Shown: piece after piece, positions 12,997-25,849 of the stretch | Numbering within the stretch: the stretch's first letter is position 1 | How the letters are laid out: the number at the start of each line of letters is the position of its first letter | Origin: Mobula hypostoma | Lineage: Eukaryota | Direction of reading: 5' to 3' | NCBI RefSeq assembly: GCF_963921235.1 | Contig: NC_086097.1 | Span: 116,624,001-116,688,000 of the forward strand | DNA length: 64,000 nucleotides | Translations under genes and position numbers: made by a program | Notes under the pieces: generated by a model | What the model saw: the letters and a program-made list of their open reading frames with translations, nothing else | Database searches by the model: none | Told to the model about the DNA's origin: nothing

Positions 12997-15360
12997 TTAG
13001 AGCAGAGGGATTAGATGGGGTGGAGTTTGTTAGGTGTGTTCAGGAAGTTTTCCTGACGCAAAATGTAGATAAGGTAACTAGAGGAGAGGCTGTACTTGAT
13101 CTGATATTGGGAAATAAAGCTGGTCAGGTGTCAGACCTCTCAGTGGGAGAGCATTTTGGAAGTAGTGATCACAACTCTATCTCATTTACCATAGTGCCTG
13201 AGAGGGATAGGAGCAGACAATTTGAGAAAACATTTAATTGGGGTAGAGGGAAATATGATGCTGTTAGGCAGGAAATTGGAAAATAAATGGGGAGCAGATG
13301 TTCTCAGGGAAATGCATGGCAGAAATGTGGCAAATGTTCAGGGAACATCTGTATGACGTTCTGCATAGGTATGTTCCATTGAGGCAGGGAAAGGATGATA
13401 GGGTAAAAGAACCATTGTGTACAAAGCATGTGGAAAATTTAGTTAAGAAGAAAAGAAAAGCTTATGGAAGGTTCAAAAAACTAGGTACTGACAGAGTTCT
13501 AGAAAATTACATGGTTGCCAAGAAGGAGCTGAGGAATGAAATTAGGGGAGCTAGAAGGGACCATGAGGAGGCCTTGGTGATCAGGAATGAGGAAAACCCC
13601 AAGGCAATCTACAAGTATGTGAAGATCAAGAGGATGAGCCATGTGAGAATAGGACCAATCAGGTGCGATAGTGGAAATGTGCATGGAGTTGGAGGATATA
13701 GTGGAGGTACTTAATGAATACTTTGCTTCAGTATCCACCGGTGAAAAGAACCTTGGCAATTGTGGGGATGATTTACAGCAGACTGAAATGCTTGAGCATA
13801 TAGACATTCAGAAAGAGGATTTGCTGGATGTTTTGAAAAGTATTAAGTTAGGTAAGTCACCAGGATTGGAAAAGGTATACCCTAGGCCACTGTGGGAAGC
13901 GAGGGAGGAGATTACTGAGCCTCTGGCGATGATCTTTGCATTATCAAAAGGGACAGGAGAAGTATTGGAGGAGAAGTATTACCGGAGCATTGGAGGGTTG
14001 CAAATGTTGTTCCCTTGCTTGAGAAAGGGCGTAGGGATAACCCAAGAAATTAAAGACCAATGAGTCTTACTTCAGTGGTGGGAAAGTTGTTGGAGAAGAT
14101 CCTGAGAGGCAGGATTTATGAGCATTTAGAGAGACATAATCTGATTAGGGATTGTCAGCATGGCTTTGTTAAGGGCGGGTCATGTTTTATGAATTCTTTG
14201 AGGATGTAGCAAAATACATTGATGTAGGTAGAGCAGTGGATGTAGTATATGTGGATTTCAGTCAGGCATTTTATAAGGTTACCCATTCAGCAAGTAAGGA
14301 AACATGAATCTAAGGAGACCTCACTTTGTGGATCCGGAATCGATTTGTCCACAGAAGGCAAAGCGTGGTTGTAGATGGTTTGTATTCTGCTTGGCGATTA
14401 GTGACCAGTGGTGTTCTGCAGGGATCTGTTCTGGGACCCCTCCTCTTTGTGATTTACTTTTTGTAAATGACCTGGATGAAAAGGTAGAAGGGTAGTTAAG
14501 TTTGCTGATGATGCAAAGGTTGAGGTGTGGGGTTGTGGATAGTATGGAGGGTTGTCAGAGGTTACAGCAGGACATCAATAGGATACAGAAGTGGAGTTCA
14601 AGCCAGATAAGTATGAAGTGGTTCATTTTGGAAGGTCAAATTTGAAGACAGAATATAGTATTAATGGTAAGACTCTTGGCAGTGTGGAGGATCACAGAGA
14701 TCTTGGGGTCCGTGTCTATAGGACACTTAAAGTTGCTGTGCAGGTTGACAGTGCTGTTAAGAAGGCGTATGGTATGTTGGCATTTATCAACCATGGGATT
14801 GAGTTCGAGAGCCGTGAGGTCATGTTACAGCTATATAAGACCTTGGTCAGACCCCACTTGGAGTACTGTATTCAGTTCTGGTCACCTCACTACAAGAAGG
14901 ATGTGGATGCTATAGAAAGAGTGCATAGAAGATTTACAAGGATATTGCCTGGTTTGTAGAGTGTGCCTTATGAGAATCGGCTGAGTGAACTTGCCCTTTT
15001 CTCCTTGGGACGATGGAGAATGAGATGTGACCTGATAGAAGTGTATAAGATGAAGAGAGGCATTGATTGTGTGGATAGTCAGAGGCTTTTTCCCGGGGCT
15101 GGAATGGCTAAGGCAAGGGGGCATAGTTTTAAGGTGCTTAGAAACAGGTGCTGAGGGATGTCAGGGGTAAGTTTTTCACACAGAAAATGATGGGTGCATG
15201 GAATGCACTGATGACGACAGTGGTGAAGGCACATACAGTACGGTCTTTTAAGAGACTCTTAGATGGGGACGTGGAACTTAGAAAAATAGAGGGCTATGCG
15301 GTAGGGTAAATCTAGGCACTTTCTAGAGTAGGTTACATGATCAGCACAACACTGTGGACA
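12997..15360 (+). mobile_element. CR1 LINE, 5'-truncated, nested in the Gypsy after the integrase
   Basis: APE C-terminus 'TRGEAVLDL...SDHN', RT region, 'LYKTLVRPHLEYCIQFWSP', 3' UTR; many stops and frameshifts. Confidence 0.92.
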
Positions 15361-15939
15361 CATACACACATATATACACTCATATACTGTATATAAATGA
15401 CTAGAGAGCACAATGTTACAGATTTGAGTTGAGATGCATTCTATATGAAGTTGGAGTTTATAGCTAAGCAGGGAGGAGTGTAGTGTATTTAATATTACAG
15501 TAATATTTGAGTAATATCATAAATATTTTGTTTGATTAAGCACTCATTGATGTGTACATAATTTAGTGCAGGCTATATGTAAAAGTACATGAACAGTATA
15601 TGTTATCATACCACCACATATCAGCACACACCTCACTTAAAGTAAAGAGTGAAGAAGACACGCATTTCCCAGCTCCGTGTTTTCCTTTCAATTAGTTTTA
15701 TGTTTTGGAATTACTAAACATAACAGTGACATATACAGTATGTACTTTGATATTAAATTTACTTTGAAGTTTGAGTTAACAGGAGTATTTGTTCTCACTT
15801 GTCAATCTAAATATTTTATCAATTGTGTTAAAAACAGAAAAAGAGTTAAAAACACAGTCCTTTTTTGAATGGCTGACATGTGATCTCTCTGTGGATTGTG
15901 TCAAATGACCGTCGAAGATAAATCTGTCTTTGAAAGAGA

Positions 15940-16515
15940 GAACGTGAGCAGTTTTGGGCCCCTTATGTAAGAAAGGATGTGCTGGAATTGGAAAGAGTCC
16001 AGAGGAGGTTCACAAGAATGATCCCAGGAATAAAATTGTTAACATATGAGGAGGATTTAATGGCCTGTACTCACTGGAGTTTAGAAGAATGAGGGGCGAT
16101 CTCTTTGAAATCTATTAAATATTGAAATGCCTCAATAAAGTGGATGTGGAGAGAATGTTTCCTATAGTGGAGGAATCTAGGACCAGAGGGCACAGCCTCA
16201 GAATTGAGGGATATCTATTTAGAACAGAGATGAAGACAAATGTCTTTAGTCAGAGGGTGGTGAATCTAAATATACCCAAAGACTTGGCCTGCACAGCTCT
16301 CTGTGGCAAAGAACTAGTCTGTGTGGGCCAAGTTATTGGATATATTTAAGGTGGAGGTTAATAGCTTCTTGATTAAACAGGGTGTCAATGGTTACAGGGC
16401 AAAGGCAGGAGTATAGGATTGAGAGGGATAATGATAATAAATCAACCATGATGGAATGGCGGAGCAGGCTCAATGGACTGAATGGCCTAATTCTCCTCCT
16501 ACGTCTTATGGTCTA
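15940..16515 (+). mobile_element. CR1 LINE 3' fragment
   Basis: 'QFWAPYVRKDVLELERVQRRFTRMIPG', 'RTRGHSL', tail tcttatggtct. Confidence 0.88.
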
Positions 16516-17734
16516 ACTCCACACATAATAATAGAATCTTCCATCTGACATGCACTCAGCCTAGTCAGTGGAGCAAGAGCAATTTTGAATTATTTAGTTG
16601 CCATTTATGAGGTGCTTTTGAGTATCTTTTAAGCAGGGTCTGCAGGCTGTGTTAAATTGAATATTGCAAGTCACTAATATTAGCTAAATATACATACATC
16701 CATAGTTATGCTGTATGGAAACAGGTCCTCTTGCTTAACTTGTCCATGTTGACCAAGATGCCTTCCTGAGCTTGTCCCAATTGGTTATGTTTGGCCCATA
16801 AACCTCTAAAGCATTTCTATGCGTATCCCTATCTAAATAACTTTTAAGCATAATTCTACCTGTCTCTACCACTTTTCTTTGGTAATTTTTCTCTCAACTA
16901 TGTAGCTGAAACCACCCAAATCAAATCAGAAAAATGTTAGGTCATTTAGAAATGAAATCAGGACTACTTTCTCCTATAAAATGTAAGGGAAGTCCAAAGA
17001 AACATCAAAAGAACTCTGGATGCAGTTTTGAATGCAATATTGTTTGGTTGCAGTAATATAGAATACCTTATTTTTCTTCAGTAGCTCCTCAGTTTATGAT
17101 GACTTCCTTCCATTCCAGTTCCAAGAAGCAGAAGATGCCTACGAGAGGTTTTCCATTATGTGGGATGGCCTTAGTGTATCGGTTGCCACTGAGCAAAGTT
17201 TTATTTAAATGGCAAGGTGAAGCAAGATGACCTGAGACTATGGTCCATGTTGTATCTCAAAGGCTTTTTGAGAGTATAAATAGATCAACTACATTCCATG
17301 TAATGAATATAGAAACCAGAATTATTCTGGTTTATTTCATTCAAACAACTTGTGTTCATTAGCACAGTGTTCAACATACCCTTATAAATTAATTAGACAC
17401 TTTAACAGTTACTCCCCATACATTAGTCCACCAATGTTTTGGAGACAACATTTCTTTGACTTACAAAAGTACATTAATATTACATATAAAGCGATAAGCC
17501 CGAATCCAAAAAAGAACCCATTTTGACGGACACTAAGAAAGAGTTCATCCACTTAGCTTTCAAAGTGACCAACAGAAATTAACAGTGTCTAATATGTACA
17601 GGCACTCTGCAAACATTACTCACTAACAGATGTACAGACCTCTCATGCTAAGGGTTCAGAAAGAGCTAAATTGTTATTTTGAACCGTTCAGACGTTCATG
17701 CAATGTTTTACAAAATGTAATACAACACAAGCAG

Positions 17735-18512
17735 GTCACCAAAGAAACTGATAAACTTCTATAGATGCATAGTGGAAATTATCTTAACTGATTGCGTCAT
17801 AACCTGGTATGGAGAGACCAATGTTTAGGAACAGAAAAATCTATAGAAAGTGATTGATACAGCCAGTCCATCAAAAGCAAAGCCCTCCCACCATTGAGAA
17901 CAGTTACAGTATATGCAGCATTGCCACTGAAAGCAGCATCCATCATCTAGGCCATGATCTCTTATTGCTACTACCATCAGGCCCGAACTAGCGTGGATAC
18001 CTTCACCCAACACAACTCTGAAATGATTCGACAAACTGACTTACTTTCAAGAACTCTACAACTCAAGTTCGCAGTTTTTTTTGTAGAACTTGTCTTCTTT
18101 TGCGCATTGATTGTCAATCTTTGTTTATGTATAACTTTACATCTATTCTGTTGTATTTCTTTATTTTCCTGTAAATGCCTGCAAGAAAGTGAATCTCAAG
18201 GTAGTACAGTACTGTGCAAAAGTCTAGCTAAGGTGCCTAAGATTGTATCTACCAATATTAACTAAAACTTAAGACTCACCGATATTGCTGTTTGAAGGGC
18301 AAATAAAGAGAGGTTGGGGATTGGTGTCTTTCAACCATGTGCTTGAAATCAAAATTAACCCATGCAGGAAATGGTATAAAAAAACAGCTTTCAGTACTGT
18401 GCAAAGGTCTTAGGCACCTGAGCTATTTACAGTATATGTGCCTAAGATTTTTTCACTGTACTGAATATGGTAACATACTGTATAGGTACTTTGATAATAA
18501 ATATTACTTTGA
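17735..18512 (+). mobile_element. Rex/Babar 3' fragment interrupted by a Tc1-type MITE
   Basis: 'NFYRCIVEIILTDCVITWYG'; tail split at gtagta | atatggtaaca. Confidence 0.75.
18207..18463. mobile_element. Tc1/mariner-type MITE
   Basis: TA then CAGTACTGTGCAAAAGTCT at left; gtgcctaagattttttcactgtactg at right; second left-type TIR at 18392. Confidence 0.7.
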
Positions 18513-18689
18513 AGGTCAGAATATATTGGTGACATAACATTGAGATACTGTATGTACTGAGGATTGTTTAATGGACAGAAAACAGAGAGGAAGAATTAAC
18601 AAGTTATTTTTGAGTTAAGATTCTATAAATAGTAGTGTGTCCTGGGAATTGGTACTGTATCCCAACTTTTCAAGATGTATATCATTGTT

Positions 18690-18925
18690 CATTTTGAGAT
18701 ATAGCAGAGTAACAGGACTTTCTGGCCCAATGAGTTGGCTTCGTCCAATTACACCCATGTGACCAACTAACCTACTAACCCTTGGAATGTGGGAGGAAAC
18801 CAGAGAACTTGAAGGAAACCCACATGGTCACCGGGAGTACATAAAACTGTGTTGCAGACAGCTGCGGAATTGAACCCATGCAGTTGTCAATGTAATGATG
18901 TTTTACTAACTTCAATGCTACCATG
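18690..18925 (-). mobile_element. V-SINE
   Basis: tgtgggaggaaaccagagaacttgaaggaaacccaca (V-domain, reverse); ggaattgaaccc (B-box, reverse). Confidence 0.75.
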
Positions 18926-19049
18926 CCAATCACAGTTGTCACCCTCATTCTCATAATTATTCTCATTCATAATTGTGTTATTTCTATATTGTGCTGTAAC
19001 CTTAGGGAGCTTTAACAGTTCACCACATCCCCCAATTTACCGGAGGCAG

Positions 19050-19325
19050 CTCTGAAGTATCATGGTTACTGCATCAGTTTGCAGCAACAGTGATCACTGA
19101 TTGGGGCTCAATTCCTGCCGTTGCCTGTAAGAAGTTTGCATGTTCTCTTCCTGATGATGTGGGTTTCTTCCAGGTGCTCTAGTTTCCTCCCACCTTCCAA
19201 AGATATATGGTTAGGGTAAGTGAGTTGTGGGCAGGCTATGTTGACACCAAAATCACAGGTGATTTGATTTGATGCAAACAATACATTTCAATGTTTCACT
19301 GTACATGTGACAAATAAAGCTAATC
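19050..19325 (+). mobile_element. V-SINE variant
   Basis: ggggctcaattcc B-box-like, gggtttcttccaggtgctctagtttcctccca, tail catgtgacaaataaagctaatct. Confidence 0.75.
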
Positions 19326-19589
19326 TACTTCCATATTCATTTTCTTCTTCAAATATTCTCCAAAATAAATTTCAGTTGCAATGTGTAATACATTACTCAT
19401 ACTGTTACACAACCAGACTAATGGCCTGGTGCTTCTATTGAGAACATTGGTGAGGTTATCTATTAGCATGGAACATGTTATTTAGCAATGTCCTGAATCC
19501 ACTAGGTTTCTGATTCTGAGTTACCCTGCTCCAGTTTAGGCTGTTCTGTACCACTAATTCATCAAAAAAACTATTTTGTGAAATCTATA

Positions 19590-20258
19590 TAAGGGGTTGG
19601 GTTGTCAGCATCTCTGAAGATCTGTCCTGGGCCAAATATGTTGATGCAAATTCAAAGCAGACACAACAGTGGCTATATTTCATTTTATTAGTAGCTTGAG
19701 GAGGCTTGTATGTCACCAAAGACTCTCACAAATTTCTACAGAGGTACCGTGAAGGGCATTCTAACTGGTTGCATTACAGTCTGGTATGGACAGCCCCACC
19801 GCACAGGATTGGAAAAAGCTGCAGAAAGTTATAATCTCAGCCAATTCCATCATGGGCACTAGCCTCCCCAGCATCTAGGACTCCTTCAAAAGGTGATACC
19901 TCAGGAAAGAAGGGCATCCTGCATTAAGAACTTCCATCACCCAGGACGTACCCTCTTCCCATTGGTGTCATTAAGCAGGAAGTACAGGCGCCTGAAGACA
20001 CACACTCAATGATTCATTCCCCTCCACCATCAGATTTCTGAATGGACAATGAACCCATGTACACCACCTCACTATTCCTGATCTTCTTATTCTGCTGTCT
20101 TTTGACACTACTTAATTTAGTTTCATATAGATATTTCTTATTGTAATTTATAGTATTTTATTGTTATCTATTGCAAAAAATTGCTGCTGCAAAACAAAAA
20201 TATTTCACGATATGCCAGTGATATTAAACCAGATTCTGATTCTGAAATTTGATTCTGC
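19590..20258 (+). mobile_element. Rex/Babar 3' fragment
   Basis: 'NFYRGTVKGILTGCITVWYG'; tail (attctg)n. Confidence 0.8.
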
Positions 20259-21248
20259 AGTATTTTGAACAGTGATCATTAATAAAGTGTGTTCAACAGA
20301 AATTGCTACATTAATCCCATAAATATTTACACATGGCAGCGAAAGTTAGCACTTCTCTATTCAACATAAATAAATTCTAATATTGTTGTAAACCATGGAT
20401 GCTGCCAAATCACTCTCCTGACATAAAAAGGGAAATGTGAGGCATTTCTCAAATTAATGTTAGAAAAATTTTAAAAATAAGCATTGAAAGAATTATTTTT
20501 TTCCTTCAGCTACTTTAATTCCTTTTTATTTTCTTCTTTTAATTCACTTTATATATACTGTATCTTGTTTACAATGGCATAAATCGAATTTGGAACCCAA
20601 GTCCATACTTCCTGTAGCTCCATCGGACTGAAAGCCATCTTTTATTTTCATATCTAAACACTAGGAAAGATTTCTAAATTCCAAAGTCTATAAAAGAATG
20701 GGTAGCTTTCAACATGGTGAACAGCGATCCTCATTCCTTTGCTGCTGATCATGAAATCTAGGCCGGTAGATTTTACTTATTCTTTCAAATTGTTGTGCCT
20801 TGAAACATGGCAGCATTGATACGTACCGCTGTCATGTCAATGCCAGTCAAGATTTCGTAGTAGAAGCCTTACATCTGCATTAGAAAAGTGTCAGTCTGAC
20901 TGAGCACGTATCCTATACCAACACTACATTCTTGACAGACTATCCGAGATACCATGTTAAGGATGAAATATTAAGCCAGGCTCTGTGTGAAAAAAATGTG
21001 TGTTGAGAAAAAGTGTTAACCACGTCAGCATTGCCTGCAACAGTGTATTCATCTTAAGTTTTACAATTGATAACAGGCATTTCTAGTCAAACTTGTCCTA
21101 CTAATCCCATTGATTAGTTTATAAAATTAGGCCTTTGTACACAGCATTTAAGGTCTTAGATTTGAGAAGCTGCATTCATTTCTCAGATTAAATTAGTAAA
21201 GAGGATAATGTTTAGAGATTTGATTTTAGTCAGGGTGTCAATCTAAAG

Positions 21249-21328
21249 CAGGGTTTCCTAATCTTTTTAATGCCATGAACCAATACAATTAAGCAAGGGG
21301 TCTGTGGACTCCATTTTGGGAACCACTG
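21249..21328. mobile_element. hAT (Charlie-like) MITE, 80 bp
   Basis: TIRs CAGGGTTTCCTAA / TTGGGAACCACTG; 8-bp TSD atctaaag / atctaaaa. Confidence 0.8.
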
Positions 21329-22454
21329 ATCTAAAACTTTGCAAGATTGGCCTTTGCTGAGAAAGAACCAAAACTTAACATGAGACCTAAGTCAACAATG
21401 ATAGGGTCCTGAGCATCATCTAATCTTAGTTATTTACATTATGGCAATATCATTCGACATTTCGTGGAGCAGAATGTGAGGGAATAAGGAACAATAAATG
21501 GCCTTGAATGAGCATGCTACCAAAAATTCAAAAGTTGCCTTCTTGAATTTGAACAGGAGCAAATTGTAGACAGAACATTAGTCATGTATTACCCAAACAA
21601 CACTTCAATATAATTAATGATACTGCCATGTAAACTATTACTCAGAGGTTGTGAGGTATATATGTCTTACTTTATTCAAGTAGCGGTGAACACTGTTTCA
21701 ACATGGCATTGACTTTAACAACTTAAGAAAATCCAGAACAGCTACAAAAATAATAAACCAAAGCAATATGTCATACTCATATATTTTGAGAAGCAAATTG
21801 ACGAGCAAATCATCATGCTGTTCATAATGGTTTCACAGAGAAGTATGAATATTCATTCATCTGATCCCAAGGAATTATGTGCCTGAATCATGGAGACCCA
21901 CAATAATTATAGGACTTACTGAATTTACAGATACACTGTGTTTCTCCCTACACTTCGTCCTGGGCTCCGTGTAGAATCTAGTGTTTTGGTAAAGACATAC
22001 TGAAGTTCTCTGGTAATCGCCTGTCAATCCCATGCCAGATCACACTCCGTTATCTGTGGATGAGAATGCAAAGGCAATAAGTTATTTTTAAATTAATTTA
22101 CTTTAATATCTCGCATTATTTTAAACCTTAATAACTTTAAACTACCATGTGTTGCGAATGTGTTATTACTTTAGTCAGTTTAATAGTATTTAGATGTCAT
22201 AAACATCTAAGAAATTTAAAAACTTTTCAAGTCAATCAGAGGCTTTGAAAGGGGACAAAGTTTAGTCTTCTGCAAAATCCTGCCAAATATTTTGAGGTGG
22301 TTTCAGTGGCACATTACTTGAGACTGACTCAGTATTGAGATCACACTCCCGACTCTGGAATGCAGAGACTCACGATAGTTTGAACGTGAGCAGCTGATGA
22401 TGATGTGTGTTTCCTTCTTTTTATGATGGACTTTGAGCTGACATGGCTGTTCAT

Positions 22455-24110
22455 TTAGAACATAAAACATAATACACAGAACAGTGCTGCTCACGAACAG
22501 GCCCTTCAGCCACAATGTTATGCTGAACAAAATAAATGAGCAATCAAATGGCCAACTAAACTAATCCCTTATGCCTACACAATGTCCATATCCTTCAATT
22601 TTCCTCACATTCATGTGCCTATATGAATGTATTTTACAAGTCCCTAAAGAATCTGCCTTTACCACTACCCCAGACAGTGTATTCCAGAGTCCCACCTATC
22701 TCCGTGTAAAAATACCTGTCCCTTGCATATTCTTTGGAATTACTTCCCCTCACCTTTAATAGCACCCACAGTATTGTAGTGGTTAGCATGATGCTTTTAC
22801 AGCTTGGAGCATTGCAGAGTTTAGAGCTCAAATCCAGCGCTGTTCGGTAAGGATTCTCTGCGAGATGCGTGGGTTTCCCCAGGTGCTCTAGTTTCCTCCC
22901 ACAGTCCAAGTAAGTACTAGGTGGGTTAATTGTCCCCTGGTTAGGTTAGGGTTAAACAAGACTCTGGGGTTGCTGGGGCAGCATGGAGCAAAGGGCCAAA
23001 AGGGCCTACTCTGCACTAAATAAATAAATGCATTACCTCTGGTAATAGATGTTTCAAGCCTTGGAAAGCGATACTGTCTGTCTACTCCATCTACTTCTCT
23101 CAAAATCATATAAACCCCTATCAGATCTCTCCTCAACCTCTGCCACCTCAGAGAAAGCAGGCCAAGTTCGTTTAACCTCTTGTTATAGCACATGCCCTCT
23201 AATCCAGGAAGCATTCTGGTAAACCTCTTCTGCATCCTCTTCACAAGCCTTGACAGCCTTCCTATAGTGGGGCAACCAGAACTGTGTGTAATAGTCCAGA
23301 TATGGTCTATCTACAGTTTTATAAGGCTGCAACATGACTTCCTAACTTCTGAACTTTTGAACTTAAAAGCTATATCCCTTTTTAACTACCATATCAACCT
23401 GTGTAACCACTTTCAGGGAGCTATGAACTTGGACTCCAAAATCCTTCTGCTCATCAATACTGTTAAGTGTTTTGCCCTTGACAGGGTACTGTCTCTTTAC
23501 ATTTAACCTACCAAGGTGTGACACTTCACATTTGGCCAGGTTAAACTCCATCTGCCATTTCTCCGCCCACATCTGTAACTGATTTATGTATCCTGCTATA
23601 TTCTGTTTCAGTCATCTAGCTATCCATAACACCACCAACCTTTGTATCATCAGAAAACTTACTAACCCACCCGTCTACATTTTCATCAAGGTTAAATACA
23701 TCACAGACAGTAGAGTTCCCAGTACAAATCCCTATGGAACACCACTAATCACAGACATCCATCTCGAATAAAACTCTTCAAACACTACTCTCTGTCTTCT
23801 ATGGGCAAGCCAATTCTGAAAACCAAGTGGTCAATTCACCATGGATCCCATGCATCTTCATCTTCTGGATGAGCCTCCCATAAGGGACCTTGTCAAATGC
23901 CTTACTGAAGTCCATGTAAACAACATCCACGGCTCTACCTTCATCAATCATCTGCATCATCTAGTCAAAAACTTAATCAATTAACTGAGACTCAACTTGC
24001 TCCACACAAAGCCATGTTTGCTCTCCCTAAATTAGGCCATGGTTTTCCAAATGTTAACAAATCCTATCCTGAAGAATCCTCTCCAGTAACTTCCCTACCA
24101 CTGACACGAG
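22455..24110 (-). mobile_element. CR1 LINE fragment with a + strand V-SINE nested at ~22765-23030
   Basis: Minus-strand ORF pieces 'WAEKWQMEFN..KCEV.HLGR', 'RMQKRFTRMLPGL'; V-domain gggtttccccaggtgctctagtttcctccca at ~22870. Confidence 0.88.
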
Positions 24111-24344
24111 TCTCTTTTGCAGCCACAGAATTAGCTGGCAACGAATTCAAATAATACGTTTACACAGGACATTGTGACTTACTACCATAATGGAATAAGT
24201 GATATTCCATTATAGTTTAGGAGGGAATTAGTGACATTTTTGATTGGCAGGGACTTCTCTATAAAGGCAATGGAAAAGGGATGTAAGGCAGAAGTTGCCA
24301 TTTTAGCTGATGGTATAACATGGAGGCGTCTATAAATCTTTACT

Positions 24345-24630
24345 TATTTATTGAGATATAGTGCAGAATAAGCCATTCCAGCCCTTCAAGTTACACCACA
24401 CAGCAACCCCCAATTTAATCCTAGCCAAATCACTCGACAGTTTACAATGACCGATCAACCTACCGACCGTTACATCTTTGGACGGTGGGAGAATACCGGA
24501 GCACCCAGAGGAAACCCACATGTTCACGGGGTGAACGTACAAACTCCTTACAAACAGCAGCAGGAATTGAACCTACATCACTGGTACGGTAAAGCGTTGT
24601 GCTAACCACCACGTTATTGTGTTGCCCCCA
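24345..24630 (-). mobile_element. V-SINE, same subfamily as 411-690
   Basis: Reverse complement aligns by eye with 411-690 over its full length. Confidence 0.85.
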
Positions 24631-24728
24631 TATTGCCTGTCTTTTTTTTTGTCAATGTTAATTCTTCAGTACGCAGAACCATTTAACTCTGCTGTAAGTA
24701 TGTGAGTACTGTGATTGATGAGTCTTCC

Positions 24729-24790
24729 ACACACACATACACCGCACATAAACACACACACACTCACACACACATGCAAACACACACATA

Positions 24791-24824
<34 letters not shown>

Positions 24825-25395
24825 ACACACATACCACTCACACACATACACACACACACACACCACACACACACACACACACACATGCAAACACACACAT
24901 ACAAACACACATACACACACACACACACACACACCCCACACACATACCACTCACACACATACACACACACACACACCACACACACACACCCCACACACAA
25001 ATACACACACATAGACAAACACACACTCACACATACACAAGTACACACTCACACTCACACACATTCACACACATACTCACACACACACACACACCACATA
25101 CACACAAACACACACTCACACAGACCACACACACAAACACACACTCACACATACCACACACAAACACACACACACAGACACACACTGATGTACACACAAA
25201 TGCACACTCACACATATACACACACCACACACACAAACACACACTCACACACATGCCACTGACACACACCACACACACACACTCAAACACACACAGACAC
25301 ATACAAACACACTCACAAACACAAACACAACCATACAAACACACACACACTCAAACACACACACACATACAAACACAAAGACACACACATACACT
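24729..25395. repeat. Long degenerate (CA)n microsatellite with higher-order repeats
   Basis: ~670 bp CA-rich tract; unit 'cacacatgcaaacacacacatacaaacac...cataccactcacacacatacac' recurs. Confidence 0.95.
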
Positions 25396-25849
25396 CATTC
25401 TATTTGATATTTAATTATTGTCTTCACATCCAGCATTACATGGTAAGGAAGACACGATTTATTGAAATCCAAATGTGTGGAAAATCTATCATGAATTTTT
25501 AAAGACTCTTTCAAGATAGTATATAATAAAATGCTGCGACGTATTCAGCAACAAGTGGATACAGTATATGTTCCATTAGTTTAATTACGGGTTGTGTTAT
25601 TGTGGACACAGAAGACAGTCAATGAAATATATCAGTGACGGGAAGGGTTCGCAGAATAATAAGCAACAAACATTTCTTACTCACAGGAAAACTGGTGTAT
25701 GGACAGTTCTTGGGATCAGAAATCTTACTTGTATATTACTAAATATTGAAAGCATGTAAACAGCTTTCAGTTGATTTAAACAGCACAAGTCTGTTTAAGG
25801 CTTGCAACTTACAAATATCTTGTAAGGCAGGTGCTTTGAATTTATACCA

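Larger units (their letters stand above)
8903..15725 (+). mobile_element. Decayed Gypsy/Ty3 (Mag-like) LTR retrotransposon complex with three LTRs
   Basis: LTR1 ~8903-9140, LTR2 9841-10075 (TG..CA), LTR3 15479-15725 (TG..CA) preceded by PPT aagcagggaggag; PBS-like motif after LTR1 and LTR2; gag start MAGYIRK twice (9361, 10233); RT 'PVVPVAKKNGSVRICG.FKV..N...YPL.RIED.FANL...FSKVDL'; integrase 'PEHLVSD.GTQF...PATNDLAERFVQ'; TSD ttgac/gtgac. Confidence 0.9.

Noticed and set aside
24666..25350. His/Thr-rich and Cys/Val-rich ORFs up to 186 aa
   Set aside because: Translations of the (CA)n microsatellite.
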